Of a stretch of 64,000 nucleotides of DNA, positions 11,000 through 23,750 are shown piece by piece. Below the pieces are notes generated by a model, which saw only the letters and a list, made by a program, of their open reading frames with translations, made no database searches and had not been told where the DNA came from. The stretch is from positions 2,976,001-3,040,000 of the forward strand of contig OZ253470.1 of assembly GCA_965261735.1 (NCBI GenBank), given 5' to 3'. The DNA is from Alphaproteobacteria bacterium (GTDB taxonomy: Bacteria > Pseudomonadota > Alphaproteobacteria > SHVV01). Positions within the stretch are counted from its first letter, which is position 1. The number at the start of each line of letters is the position of its first letter. Both the position numbers and the translations under genes were made by a program.

Positions 11000-11160
11000 G
11001 GCGATACCCTGAACCCCGCGTCTTCCCGGGCCGCCATGGTTTCAGGGGCGCGCCGGCCATGCAAGAAAAAAGGGCCGGCCCTACCCGCGCTCATCGAGGC
11101 GGCGCTAGGCGAGCGCGGGGCGAGAGGCTAGCATGCCCGCACCGGCTCAATCAGGCGAGG

Positions 11161-11310
11161 GAGGACGCCATCAGTGAGGGGCTGAGGCGGGCCTCTCAAA
11201 CCGTGCGCGGCATCACCGGCCTCGAGGTCGTGGCGCAAAAGGCCAAGGTCGTCGACAGAAAGGTCACCGAGTTTCGGGCGACGATGGAGCTGACGTTCGT
11301 CCTCGAGTAA
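11161..11310 (+). pseudogene. Dodecin-family remnant lacking its N-terminus
   Basis: EDAISEGLRRASQTVRGITGLEV...EFRATMELTFVLE matches the dodecin C-terminal two-thirds; no suitable start or N-terminal strand upstream. Confidence 0.65.
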
Positions 11311-11321
11311 GGGACGCCGAC

Positions 11322-12587
<1,266 letters not shown>

Positions 12588-13573
12588 TCAAAAGCGAAGT
12601 TCGCGCCGGCCTGATAGCGCTGGCGCCGGCGGTGCGGGCGGCGCGGCTAGCGGCACCGGCCGCCGTACGCTAAACTGCCGCACATCGACATGTCGCAAGA
12701 GCTGTCCGCCCCGGCGCGCCCACCATGGAGGGCGGCGATGACGCGAACCGCCGCCGCCGCCGCGGCCCTCTTGCTCGGCGCCTGTGCCGCTCCCGCAGGT
12801 GATGGCCCGCTGCCGGGCGCCGCTGCGCTGATCGCCCGCGCCGACTGGGGCGAGTTGGCGACGGCAAAGCTGATCATGATCGAGTACGCCTTCGCGCCGG
12901 CCGAACTCGTGTTCCGCGAGGGTGCCGCTTACCAGCTCGTGATTAGCAATACCGGCAACCACGAGCATCACTTCAGGGCCCCGCGTTTCTTCCTTGCCTA
13001 TCCGGTTTACACCCACACCCACTAGGGCTAGTGGATTGATTCCAACGTTTGGAACCCTCTGTTTCGTGCGGCGATGATATGATCGGGGTCGGCTTTCCAG
13101 ATGAAGGGTTTTGGGTTTGCGTCATTGTATTCGCGGACAAATCGGTTGATGGCGGCCTGAAGGTCGACGACGGATTGGAAGACGCCGTATTTGAGCCTGC
13201 GCCGCGTTAGTTTGGCGAAGAAGCCCTCGACGGCATTGAGCCACGAGCACGAGGTTGGCGTGAAGTGGAAGGTCCAGCGTGGATGGCGGGCGAGCCAGGC
13301 GCGGACCTTGTCCTTCTTGTGCGCGGCGTAGTTGTCGAGGATGACGTGGACGGCCTTGTCCGTCGGCACCTCGCGCTCGATGCGGTTGAGGAAGCGGATG
13401 AACTCCTGATGGCGGTGGCGCTGCATGTTCTGTGCGATGACCGTACCGTCCAGCACGTTGAGCGCGGCGAACAGCGTCGTCGTGCCATGCCGTTTGTAAT
13501 CATAGGTCATCGTACCGGCGCGGCCCTTCTTCATCGGCAAGCCGGGTTGGGTGCGGTCGAGCGCCTGGATCTG

Positions 13574-15492
13574 GTGCGCCAGGCGAACTGGCAGAAGGTA
13601 GGGGGTGCAAGTCCCCCGAAACGAAGGAGTAACCGAACCACGTTTCTCCGCGAGCCGTGCGTCGGCTCCCGCGAGGGGGCAGGCGAAGCGTCGGTAGCGG
13701 TACGGATGGGCAGGGCTATTGAGCATCGAAAAAGCGATGGTCCGGGGTGCCGAGGCTTTCAGATCGGTCGAAGGCAACATCGCAGGCATCGTTTTGGTGA
13801 GATGTCGGCGAGCCCCGCGGTGTCAGAGAACCCATGCACGTTCGCACGCCTTCTGTCGGGACCCTGGGAGGTCTTCAAACTGCCCCGGATGTCGTAAAGG
13901 GGCCGCGTAGGGAATGGAGAAAACCGAAGCCTATGATGAACGGTTTGAAGAAGTCGGATGAGGCCATACGACCTGTGAGGGCGGCGAACAAGGGAGCGCG
14001 AGCTTCTGCGGAGTCGCCGGAGGAAAGGGCCTCAACCAAGGGGAATTCGGATTGCCAAAGCACGCGCCGAACTCAGTGTCGGGCAAGCGTGCCACAGGCG
14101 GCGGCCCGGATACGGAAAGCTGCGGAGAGAGACCCGAAGGAACATCTCACCGCGCTCTTCCACCACATCACGCCGGATGCGCTGCACCGGGCGTTCCACG
14201 CACTAAAGCGGGACGCTGCGGCGGGTGTCGACGGCATCACGTGGGATATGTATGGCGAAGGTCTGGATGAGCGCTTGCTCGACCTGCACCGGCGTCTGCA
14301 CAGCGGGGGAGCGTACCGGGCGCCGCCGGTTCGGCGGGTAGAGATACCCAAGCCGGACGGCGGAACACGACCGCTCGGGATCGCGGCGCTGGAGGACAAG
14401 ATCGTCCAGAAAGCGGTTGTGGATGTGATCCTGACACCGATCTACGAGGTGGAGTTTCTTGGCTTCAGCTACGGGTTCCGACCGGGGCGGGGCGCGCACG
14501 ATGCGCTCGATGCCCTGGCCTTCGGGATAGAACGGCGCAAGGTCAGCTGGATAGCCGACGCGGATCTACGGGCGTACTTCGACACAATCCCGAGGGATTG
14601 GTTGATCACGTTCCTTGAGCACCGCATCGGCGACAGACGGGTCATCCGCCTGATCCGGAAATGGCTGAACGCTGGCGTCATGGACGGTGGATCATGGACA
14701 GACGCGGGCATGGGCACGCCGCAGGGGGCAGTAGTTTCCCCCGTCTTGGCGAACGTGTTCCTGCACTACGTACTCGACCTGTGGTTCGACAAGAAATGGC
14801 GCCCGAACGCCCCGGATGGCGAAGCGATCATCGTCCGTTACGCCGACGATATCGTTGTCGGGTTCCAACACAAGCGGGATGCGGAGCGGTATCTCCGCGA
14901 CGTTCGGGAGAGGCTGGCCCGGTTCGGTCTCAGCCTCCACCAGGACAAGACCCGCCTTGTGGAGTTTGGCCGGTTCGCGGTGAAGAACCGTCGCCAGCGC
15001 GGGGTGGGCAAGCCGGAGACTTTCGACTTCCTGGGCTTCACGCACTACTGCACGACGACCCGGAGAGGACGCTTTCGGCTTGGTCGCAAACCGGTCGCCA
15101 AACGGGTCAACAGGACCCTGGCGCGCATCGATGAGGTGCTTCGCAAGCGCTGGCATCACGACATCTGGGAGGTCGGAAAGTGGCTCGGGCGGGTCTGCGA
15201 AGGCTGGCTCAACTACTTTGCCGTCCCGGGGTCGGGCCGGTTCATCCGTGCGTTCCACCGCAGGCTGCAACGCCTGTGGATGCGGGCGCTACGCCGGCGG
15301 TCCCAGCGAGCCCGATTCAGTTGGAAGCGACTGGAGCGCATAACCGAAATCCTGTGGTCACGCGCCTCCATCCGCCACCCATGGCCGGACCAGCGGTTTG
15401 CCGTCAATCACCCGAGGTAGGAGCCGGATGGTTCAACGACCACGTCCGGATCTGCGCGGGGGGTGCGCAGCAATACGCATTCCTACCGCAAC
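13574..15492 (+). mobile_element. Group II intron (1919 nt), antisense to the IS630 transposase
   Basis: 5' GTGCG at 13574; domain V GAGCCGGATG...GTCCGGATCT at 15421; domain VI ending CTACCGCAAC at 15492; precise removal restores the host codons. Confidence 0.93.
13834..15420 (+). CDS. Group II intron reverse transcriptase/maturase, no recognisable C-terminal endonuclease (true start probably ATG 13933 or later)
   Basis: AAGVDG, IPKPDGGTRPLGI, SYGFRPGR, GTPQG, RYADD, FDFLGF, then X domain. Confidence 0.92.
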   Translation: MHVRTPSVGTLGGLQTAPDVVKGPRREWRKPKPMMNGLKKSDEAIRPVRAANKGARASAESPEERASTKGNSDCQSTRRTQCRASVPQAAARIRKAAERDPKEHLTALFHHITPDALHRAFHALKRDAAAGVDGITWDMYGEGLDERLLDLHRRLHSGGAYRAPPVRRVEIPKPDGGTRPLGIAALEDKIVQKAVVDVILTPIYEVEFLGFSYGFRPGRGAHDALDALAFGIERRKVSWIADADLRAYFDTIPRDWLITFLEHRIGDRRVIRLIRKWLNAGVMDGGSWTDAGMGTPQGAVVSPVLANVFLHYVLDLWFDKKWRPNAPDGEAIIVRYADDIVVGFQHKRDAERYLRDVRERLARFGLSLHQDKTRLVEFGRFAVKNRRQRGVGKPETFDFLGFTHYCTTTRRGRFRLGRKPVAKRVNRTLARIDEVLRKRWHHDIWEVGKWLGRVCEGWLNYFAVPGSGRFIRAFHRRLQRLWMRALRRRSQRARFSWKRLERITEILWSRASIRHPWPDQRFAVNHPR

Positions 15493-16134
15493 TGATTTCT
15501 CATCAACCGACAGCACCACGGCATGGGCCGGCGGATCGACATACAAGCCGACGATATCTGTGAGCTTCTCGGCGAAGGCGGGATCATTGGAGAGCTTGAA
15601 GTGCCGCCAGCGGTGCGGGCTGAGGCCATGGGCCTTCCAGATCGCTTGGACCGTCGACGCCGCGACGCCAGCAACCTTCGCCATCGCGCGCAGCGTCCAG
15701 TGGGTCGCCTCGTGCGGCGGCGCTTGCTGGGTCAGGCGGACGATCTCGGCGACGCGCTCCGGCGGGATCGGCGCTTTGCCAGGCGGACGGGACCTGTCGC
15801 GAAGCAAGCCGTTGACACCCTCGTGCATGAACCGCTCCTGCCAGCGCCAGACACAGGTCTTGGACTTGCCGGTCTCGGCCATGATCGACGAGTTCCCGAG
15901 CCCCTCGTCGCTCTTCAGGATGATCCGCGCCCGCCAGACATGTTTCTGCGAGCTCTTCGGGTCCGCGACGATAGCTTGCAATCGCTGACGGTCGCCAGAC
16001 GTGACAGTAAAATGGATGCCGGTGCGCATAGCACAGACTCGCATGACACCGCACAATACGGAATCTCAAATCGGACTCTTTCGTTCCGATCAATCCACTA
16101 GAATGGGCGCAACCCGGATATAGGGGAGCGCGCC

Positions 16135-17079
16135 ATGGATGTTCTCGACCGCGCCGATCTCCCATTCCCGCATTCGCTACCCGAGTTCCAGCGACTTTTC
16201 CCCGATGATGCGGCCTGCGCCGCCTACCTGGAGAAAGCCCGCTGGGGAGACGGCTTTGCCTGCCCGCACTGCGGCACGGCGGGAGAGCCGTTCCACTTTG
16301 AAAACCGCCCTGGCGTCCTGCGCTGCCGCAAGTGCCGCCAGAACACCGGGCTGACGGTGGGAACAGTGATGGAGCGTAGCCACACTCCGCTGAACGTCTG
16401 GTTCTGGGCCGCTTATCTGGTCGCCAGTCAGACGCCCGGCATGTCCGCCGTGCAGTTTCAGCGGCAACTTGGTCTTTCGCGCTACGAGACGGCCTTTCAA
16501 ATTCTCCACAAGCTCCGCTCGGGCATGGTGCGGCCCAACCAAGACAGGATCGGTGGACAGCCCAAGAACCATGTTGAGGTGGACGAAACCTGGGTTGGCG
16601 GGCGAACGCGTGGGGAAGGCCGTGGTGTTCACCACAAGGTTCCCGTCTCCTGTGCCATCGACGTCGTGCTCGACCGTAGCGCCGAGTCGCTCTGTGGGTT
16701 CGTCGAGAGCACCGTCGCGCCAGGATCGCTGATCGTTACTGACGATTGGAGCGGCTATGCTGGCCTCGGTAAGCGCGGCTATGAGCACTTCGCTGTTGCC
16801 GAGTGTGGTGATCCAGAGGTTGCCGAGCAATACCTGCCGATCATCCATCTGGTTTTCGCCAACCTGAAGACGTGGCTGATCGGTATCCACCACGGCGTTA
16901 GCCACCAGCACCTACAAGCCTACCTCAACGAGTTCACCTTCCGCTTCAACAGGCGGTTCTACCCGTTCAACGCCTTCCGCTCATTGCTCGGCATCGCGGG
17001 CGACACCTCTGCTCCAACCTATGCCGAGCTTTACTCGGGAGAGTGGTGGCACCCTACATGTAGCGGTCATGGGCGTTAA
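16135..17079 (+). CDS. IS1595 transposase with a 75-bp in-frame deletion
   Basis: 314 aa versus 339 aa reconstructed from copy 1; lacks the VRHRKPGTKLDNRKDGRYAGRVRL segment. Confidence 0.88.
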   Translation: MDVLDRADLPFPHSLPEFQRLFPDDAACAAYLEKARWGDGFACPHCGTAGEPFHFENRPGVLRCRKCRQNTGLTVGTVMERSHTPLNVWFWAAYLVASQTPGMSAVQFQRQLGLSRYETAFQILHKLRSGMVRPNQDRIGGQPKNHVEVDETWVGGRTRGEGRGVHHKVPVSCAIDVVLDRSAESLCGFVESTVAPGSLIVTDDWSGYAGLGKRGYEHFAVAECGDPEVAEQYLPIIHLVFANLKTWLIGIHHGVSHQHLQAYLNEFTFRFNRRFYPFNAFRSLLGIAGDTSAPTYAELYSGEWWHPTCSGHGR

Positions 17080-17612
17080 CCGGATAGGCAGGGTTTCTTC
17101 GATGCCGTGGCCGTGCGTAGCCTCACGACCGTGCCCCTCGAGCGTCCGGATTGGGCCGACGAGGCCGCTTGGCCGCGCCCCACGGCGCTCGCCTATCGCG
17201 CCGGCGAAGGTGCCCTACGTATCACCTTCAAGACCGCGCCGCTGACCGGCGAGGGCGGGGACGCGGGCGAGGGCGCCGCCAACCCCTTCGCGGCACCGGC
17301 CGACGACGAAGACGACGGCGGTGCGGCGGTGGCGGCCGAGGAGGACGAGACCATCGAAGTCACCGAGGCCGCGGAGCAGGACGACACCATCGAAGCCAAG
17401 ACCCCCGCCGGGGCGGCAGAGGACGCCGGTGAGGAGATCGTCGCGCTGACCATTCCGCGGGGCGCGATCGTGGTCCCGGCCCGGCGCACCAAGCGGCTCG
17501 AGTTCGTCGCTGTGCGCACCGGCACCTACGAGCTCTCCGGCGGCGGGCTCGATCCGATATGGGGCATGCGGGGGCGCATCATCATCGAATAGCCCGGCGC
17601 AACGGCGCCCGA

Positions 17613-18455
17613 CTAGGGCTGCCGGCCGCGCAAGTAGATGACGTAATACGCCAGCGCCACGAGAACGGCGCCGCCGACGATGTTGCCGAGGGTGACCGGC
17701 ACTAGGTTGGCGATGAAGCCGCTGGGCGTGAGATTAGCGAGCGCGCCGTCGCCGAGCCCCGCCGCCGCGACCACGCCCGAATCGAGAGCGGCGAGCCAGC
17801 CCGCCGGAATGGCGTACATATTGGCGACCGAGTGCTCGAAGCCGAGCGCGACGAAGGCCGCGATCGGGAAGATGATGGCGAGGATCTTACCGCTGACGCG
17901 GCGCGCCCCGTACGCGAGCCACACGGCGAGGCAAACGAGCGCATTGCACAGGATGCCGCGAAAGAACGCCTCCGTAAATGACAGATCGACCTTGACCAGC
18001 GCCACCTGCAGGGCGGTCGCGCCGACCTGGTGGCTGCCGAGCGCCAGTGTCCCCGACAGGTACACGAGCAGCGCCGCCCCGAGGGCGCCGGCGAAGTTGG
18101 CGGCATAGACGACGAGCCAGTTGCGCAACAGGGCCGCGAGCGTGATTTTGCGGCCGGCCCAGGCCATGGCGATGAGGTTGTTGCCGGTAAAGAGCTCGGC
18201 GCCGCCGACGACGACGAGGATGAGGCCGAGCGAGAAGGCCAAGCCGCCGAGCGCCCGGGTCGGGCCGAAGCCGAGCGTCGAGCCGGTGACCACCAGCGTG
18301 TAGGCCATGGCGCCGAACGCGATGAAAGCGCCGGCGAGAATGCCGAGCGCGACGAGTCGCAGTATCGGCATCTCCGCCTTGGCGACCGCTGCCGCCTCGA
18401 CGCGCGCGGCGATCTCCGCCGGCGCGTAGGCCTCGACGTCTGATGGTCCGCTCAT
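17613..18455 (-). CDS. Formate/nitrite transporter (FNT) family channel
   Basis: LAGAFIAFG, GAELFTGN, GILCNALVCLAVW, FEHSVANM, TLGNIVGG. Confidence 0.92.
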   Translation of the reverse strand: MSGPSDVEAYAPAEIAARVEAAAVAKAEMPILRLVALGILAGAFIAFGAMAYTLVVTGSTLGFGPTRALGGLAFSLGLILVVVGGAELFTGNNLIAMAWAGRKITLAALLRNWLVVYAANFAGALGAALLVYLSGTLALGSHQVGATALQVALVKVDLSFTEAFFRGILCNALVCLAVWLAYGARRVSGKILAIIFPIAAFVALGFEHSVANMYAIPAGWLAALDSGVVAAAGLGDGALANLTPSGFIANLVPVTLGNIVGGAVLVALAYYVIYLRGRQP

Positions 18456-18593
18456 GATCCTCCAACCCGGCCCTGGGCTTTACGCCCCTCTGGCCCAGAA
18501 TACAGGATAGATTTCGAGCTTCGATGCCGAGGTGCACTTTGTCGGTGAACAGAATTCCCGCATAATGCCACCGTACGGGCGGGGAGCCGGGTG

Positions 18594-18893
18594 ATGAAGC
18601 CGAACATCGACGTATCGTCGCACGTGATTGCCGACTTCTGCCGGCGCCACCATATACGAAAGCTGTCTCTGTTCGGTTCGGCTCTACGCGCGGATTTTCG
18701 ACCCGACAGCGATATCGACGTCCTGGTCGAATTCGAGCCCGGGCATACGCCGGGTCTCGCCTTCATCACGATTCAAGACGAACTATCGCAGTTGTTGGGT
18801 CGGGAGGTCGATCTCAACACGCCAGCGTCATTGAGCCGCTACTTCCGCGAGCGCGTTCTTCAAGACGCGGTCGTCCAGTATGCCAGCACCTAA
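18594..18893 (+). CDS. Minimal nucleotidyltransferase (MNT) antitoxin
   Basis: LFGSALR.DF..DSDIDVLVEF, GREVDL. Confidence 0.9.
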   Translation: MKPNIDVSSHVIADFCRRHHIRKLSLFGSALRADFRPDSDIDVLVEFEPGHTPGLAFITIQDELSQLLGREVDLNTPASLSRYFRERVLQDAVVQYAST

Positions 18894-19219
18894 GGACGAG
18901 GTCCGCCTTCGGCACATGCTCGATGCCTCCCGAAAGGCGATCGCGTTCCTAGAGGGTCGCAGCCGAGAGGACCTTGACCGAGACGAAATGGTCGCGCTCG
19001 CATTGGCCAGACTCTTGGAAATCCTCGGAGAGGCCGCCAAATCCGTTTCTCCGGAGCTTCGGCGCGCATCCCCAGATTCCATGGAAAGCGTTAGTTGGCA
19101 CACGCGATCGGGTGATTCACCAGTACTTCGATGTGGACCTCGATATCCTGTGGAAGATCGTCCCGGGCGACCTGCCATTGCTCGTGAGCGAACTCGAGAG
19201 AATGGTTCCGCCGCAATAG
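18880..19219 (+). pseudogene. HEPN/DUF86 toxin with frameshift near 19065
   Basis: LRHML...LEILGEAA in one frame; PQIPWK...RDRVIHQYFDVD (RxxxxH motif) in the next frame. Confidence 0.85.
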
Positions 19220-19323
19220 TCTTGAGGCTGGCGTCCCAACACATCCCATGAGGGGGCCGGCTACGAGGCACTGGCACGAGGGGCATCAAGCGCCCTATGA
19301 CGAGCTCATGTCCGCCGAGTCTA

Positions 19324-19398
19324 TTACTTCCGCAATTGTTGTCTCACGGCCTTTGGGATAGTGGTTCGGCCTTTGCTGGTAATCGTCGCGACCGGCAT
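19324..19398 (-). pseudogene. AbrB/MazE-type antitoxin N-terminal remnant
   Basis: MPVATITSKGRTTIPKAVRQQL followed by an early stop; GGAGG upstream. Confidence 0.7.
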
Positions 19399-19470
19399 GG
19401 CAGCCCAACCTCCCAATGGCGGTTCGCGTTCCCCTAGCGGAACGCGCGCGAGGCGTCCTATAACAACGCC

Positions 19471-21672
<2,202 letters not shown>

Positions 21673-21698
21673 CGAGTTGCGCCCGCTGCTCGCACCCC

Positions 21699-23045
21699 TC
21701 ACAGCATGTTTTTGATGTCGCTGGCGAAGGTCGGGTAGGCGTAGGTCGTGTCGGTGAGCATCGGCGCGGTGATACCGTGGCGGATGGCGAAGGCGAAGAG
21801 GTGGACGGTCTCGCCGGCGCCGTGACTCAAGAGGTGGGCGCCGAGGATCCGGCCCGACCCCTTCTCCACCAGCACCTTGGAAAAGGCCGCGGTCTCGGCA
21901 TAGGTGCGGGCCGAGCGCCATGAGGTGAAGTCGTTCGCCTTGACCTCGAAGTCGAGCCCCGCGGCACCCGCCGCCTCCTCGCCATAGCCCACGCTCGCCA
22001 GGGTCGGCACGGTGAACACGGCGGCCGGAATGTCGAGGTAGCTGGGCGCGACCAGCGCCCCGTTCACCAAATTATGGCCGACGATGCGGCCCTCGTAGCT
22101 GGCGACGGGCGAGAGCTGCGGGCCCGGACCCGCGTCGCCGGCCACGAACACGTCGGCGTTGGAGCGGCTGCGCAGGTAGTCATCGACGGCGATGACGAGG
22201 CCGTCATGGTCGATGTTGCCGGCGGCGAGATCGAGCCCGGCGACGTCGGGCACGCGCCCGGCGCCGTTGGCGACCAGCGCCGCCGCCACGCTCTTCTGCT
22301 TGCCCTCGTGCTCGAAGTGCACGACCAGCCCATCGGCACCGCGTTCGATACGGGTCGTGCGCGCGCCGGTGTAGAGATCGACGCCGAGGCGGCGCGTCTC
22401 GTCGGCGAGGCGCGCGACCACGTCGGCATCGAGCGCCGGAAGCGGGCGCTCGGCGAGCTCGATGATGGTGACCTTGGTGCCGGCGCGGGTGAAGACGTGG
22501 GTGAACTCGAGGCCGATGACCCCGGCGCCGATGAAAATCAGCGACTCGGGCAATGCGTCGAGATCGAGGATATCCTCGCTAGTGATGACGTGCGCGAAAC
22601 CCGGGATCGGCAGGCTGCGCGGCGCCGAGCCGGTAGCGATGACGATCTTGCCGCCACGGTAGGGTGTGCCGTCGATGGCCACGGTGTGGGGATCGAGGAA
22701 GCGCGCGCCGCCGTGGACGACCTCGATGCCGCGGCCCTTCAGCATGTCCTCGAACATCTCCGGCACGCCGTCGACGAAGGTCTGCTTGCGCTCGATCAGC
22801 TTGGGCCAATCGAGCCGGGCCGGGCCGACGCTGATGTGGTGCTCGGGCGCCAGCGCGATCGTCTGCAGCGCCTCGGCCGTGGCGACCAGCACCTTCTTCG
22901 GTACGCAGCCGCGCAACGGGCAGGTGCCACCTACCTCGCGCGATTCGACCAATGCGACCGAGCGTCCCGCGGCCTTGGCCGCACTGGCCGCGGCGACACC
23001 GGCGTTGCCGCCGCCTAGAACGACCACGTCAAAGTCGTGCGTCAT
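21699..23045 (-). CDS. Glutathione-reductase-like flavoprotein disulfide reductase
   Basis: GGGNAG, GGTCPLRGCVPKK redox motif, GAGVIG, C-terminal YAYPT. Confidence 0.88.
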   Translation of the reverse strand: MTHDFDVVVLGGGNAGVAAASAAKAAGRSVALVESREVGGTCPLRGCVPKKVLVATAEALQTIALAPEHHISVGPARLDWPKLIERKQTFVDGVPEMFEDMLKGRGIEVVHGGARFLDPHTVAIDGTPYRGGKIVIATGSAPRSLPIPGFAHVITSEDILDLDALPESLIFIGAGVIGLEFTHVFTRAGTKVTIIELAERPLPALDADVVARLADETRRLGVDLYTGARTTRIERGADGLVVHFEHEGKQKSVAAALVANGAGRVPDVAGLDLAAGNIDHDGLVIAVDDYLRSRSNADVFVAGDAGPGPQLSPVASYEGRIVGHNLVNGALVAPSYLDIPAAVFTVPTLASVGYGEEAAGAAGLDFEVKANDFTSWRSARTYAETAAFSKVLVEKGSGRILGAHLLSHGAGETVHLFAFAIRHGITAPMLTDTTYAYPTFASDIKNML

Positions 23046-23082
23046 GATGTCCTCCGTTGTTGGCTGCGGCTTAGCGGCCGCG

Positions 23083-23733
23083 TCACGCCGCCCGGCGCCG
23101 CAGGCCCGCGATGACGCGGGCGGTGCTGGCGCGGGCGTGGCGCAGTTCCGCCTCGAGCGTGGCGATGCGCCGGTTGAGCTCGTCGACCTGGGGTGCGAGG
23201 TCGGCGTCGGTGTAGCGCGGCGTGATGTATTGCGGGCAGTTGCGGTCCCACACCTCGACCTCGAAGAGGATCGCCTGCTCGGGCTCGGGCGCATCGGAGC
23301 CCTCGGCGAGGCGCGCCAACAATTCAGGATCGTCGTCGACCACCCTGGCCCGGCCCCAGATCTTGATGCGCCGGCGGTTGGGGTAGTCCATGAGGAAGAG
23401 GAACGCCCTGGCGTTTTCCGACAGGTTCCCGGCCGTGATGTACTGCCGGTTGCCGCGGTAGTCGGCGAACGCGAGGGTGCGCTCATCGAGCACCTTGAGA
23501 AACCCGGGCGCCCCACCGCGATGCTGCGCGTAGGGCTGGCCGTCGGCGCTCGCGATGGCGATATAGAACGAATCGCGTTCGGCGATGAACCTGGCGAGGT
23601 CCTCGGTGATGGTCCTCGTCCAGCCCCCTTTGCCGTCCATCTTGGCGTAGGCTTCGCGCGAGCCCTTGCGCGCCTGCACGGCTTTCACGGCGGGGCTGAA
23701 GGCGGTGTCGCTCGCGGGCTTGGTCGTGTCCAT
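23083..23733 (-). CDS. Pyridoxamine 5'-phosphate oxidase-like FMN-binding protein
   Basis: GQPYAQHRGG.PGFLKVLD, ADYRGNRQYI, MDYPNRRRIKIWG, NCPQYI. Confidence 0.85.
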   Translation of the reverse strand: MDTTKPASDTAFSPAVKAVQARKGSREAYAKMDGKGGWTRTITEDLARFIAERDSFYIAIASADGQPYAQHRGGAPGFLKVLDERTLAFADYRGNRQYITAGNLSENARAFLFLMDYPNRRRIKIWGRARVVDDDPELLARLAEGSDAPEPEQAILFEVEVWDRNCPQYITPRYTDADLAPQVDELNRRIATLEAELRHARASTARVIAGLRRRAA

Positions 23734-23750
23734 GTGGCGTCTCCTTTGCC

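Larger units (their letters stand above)
13028..16029 (-). pseudogene. IS630 transposase split by a group II intron (16029-15493 joined to 13573-13028)
   Basis: Joined frame reads VLSVDEKS|[10 protein letters not shown]...YKRHGT...ILDNYAAHK...[10 protein letters not shown] (360 aa). Confidence 0.93.
13031..16098 (-). mobile_element. IS630-family insertion sequence
   Basis: TIRs GTGGATTGAT / ATCAATCCAC; TA duplicated inside a CTAG target (13029-13030, 16099-16100); empty site GGCTAGAATGGG visible in IS1595 copy 3. Confidence 0.93.
12993..17092 (+). mobile_element. IS1595-family copy 2, carrying nested IS630 and intron
   Basis: TIRs CTTGCCTATCCGG / CCGGATAGGCAGG; TSD GTTTCTTC at 12985-12992 and 17093-17100. 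Confidence 0.93.
12738..17592 (+). pseudogene. Cupredoxin-fold lipoprotein gene interrupted by nested elements (12738-12992 joined to 17101-17592)
   Basis: Lipobox LLGAC; removing 12993-17100 gives in-frame ...HHFRAPRFF|DAVAVRS...GTYEL...GMRGRIIIE (248 aa); 8-bp TSD GTTTCTTC. Confidence 0.8.

Noticed and set aside
13028-13789. 253-aa ORF as a complete IS630 transposase
   Set aside because: Its first ~72 codons are antisense intron sequence; the true N-terminus is at 16029-15493
13834-15420. RT as a retron, DGR or defence-associated RT
   Set aside because: It has GTGCG/AAC boundaries, domains V and VI, and a maturase X domain, and precise removal restores the host gene: a group II intron
19421-19446. 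Alphaproteobacterial LexA box upstream of uvrB
   Set aside because: GTTC motifs are not spaced GTTC-N7-GTTC; only a GC-rich inverted repeat is present
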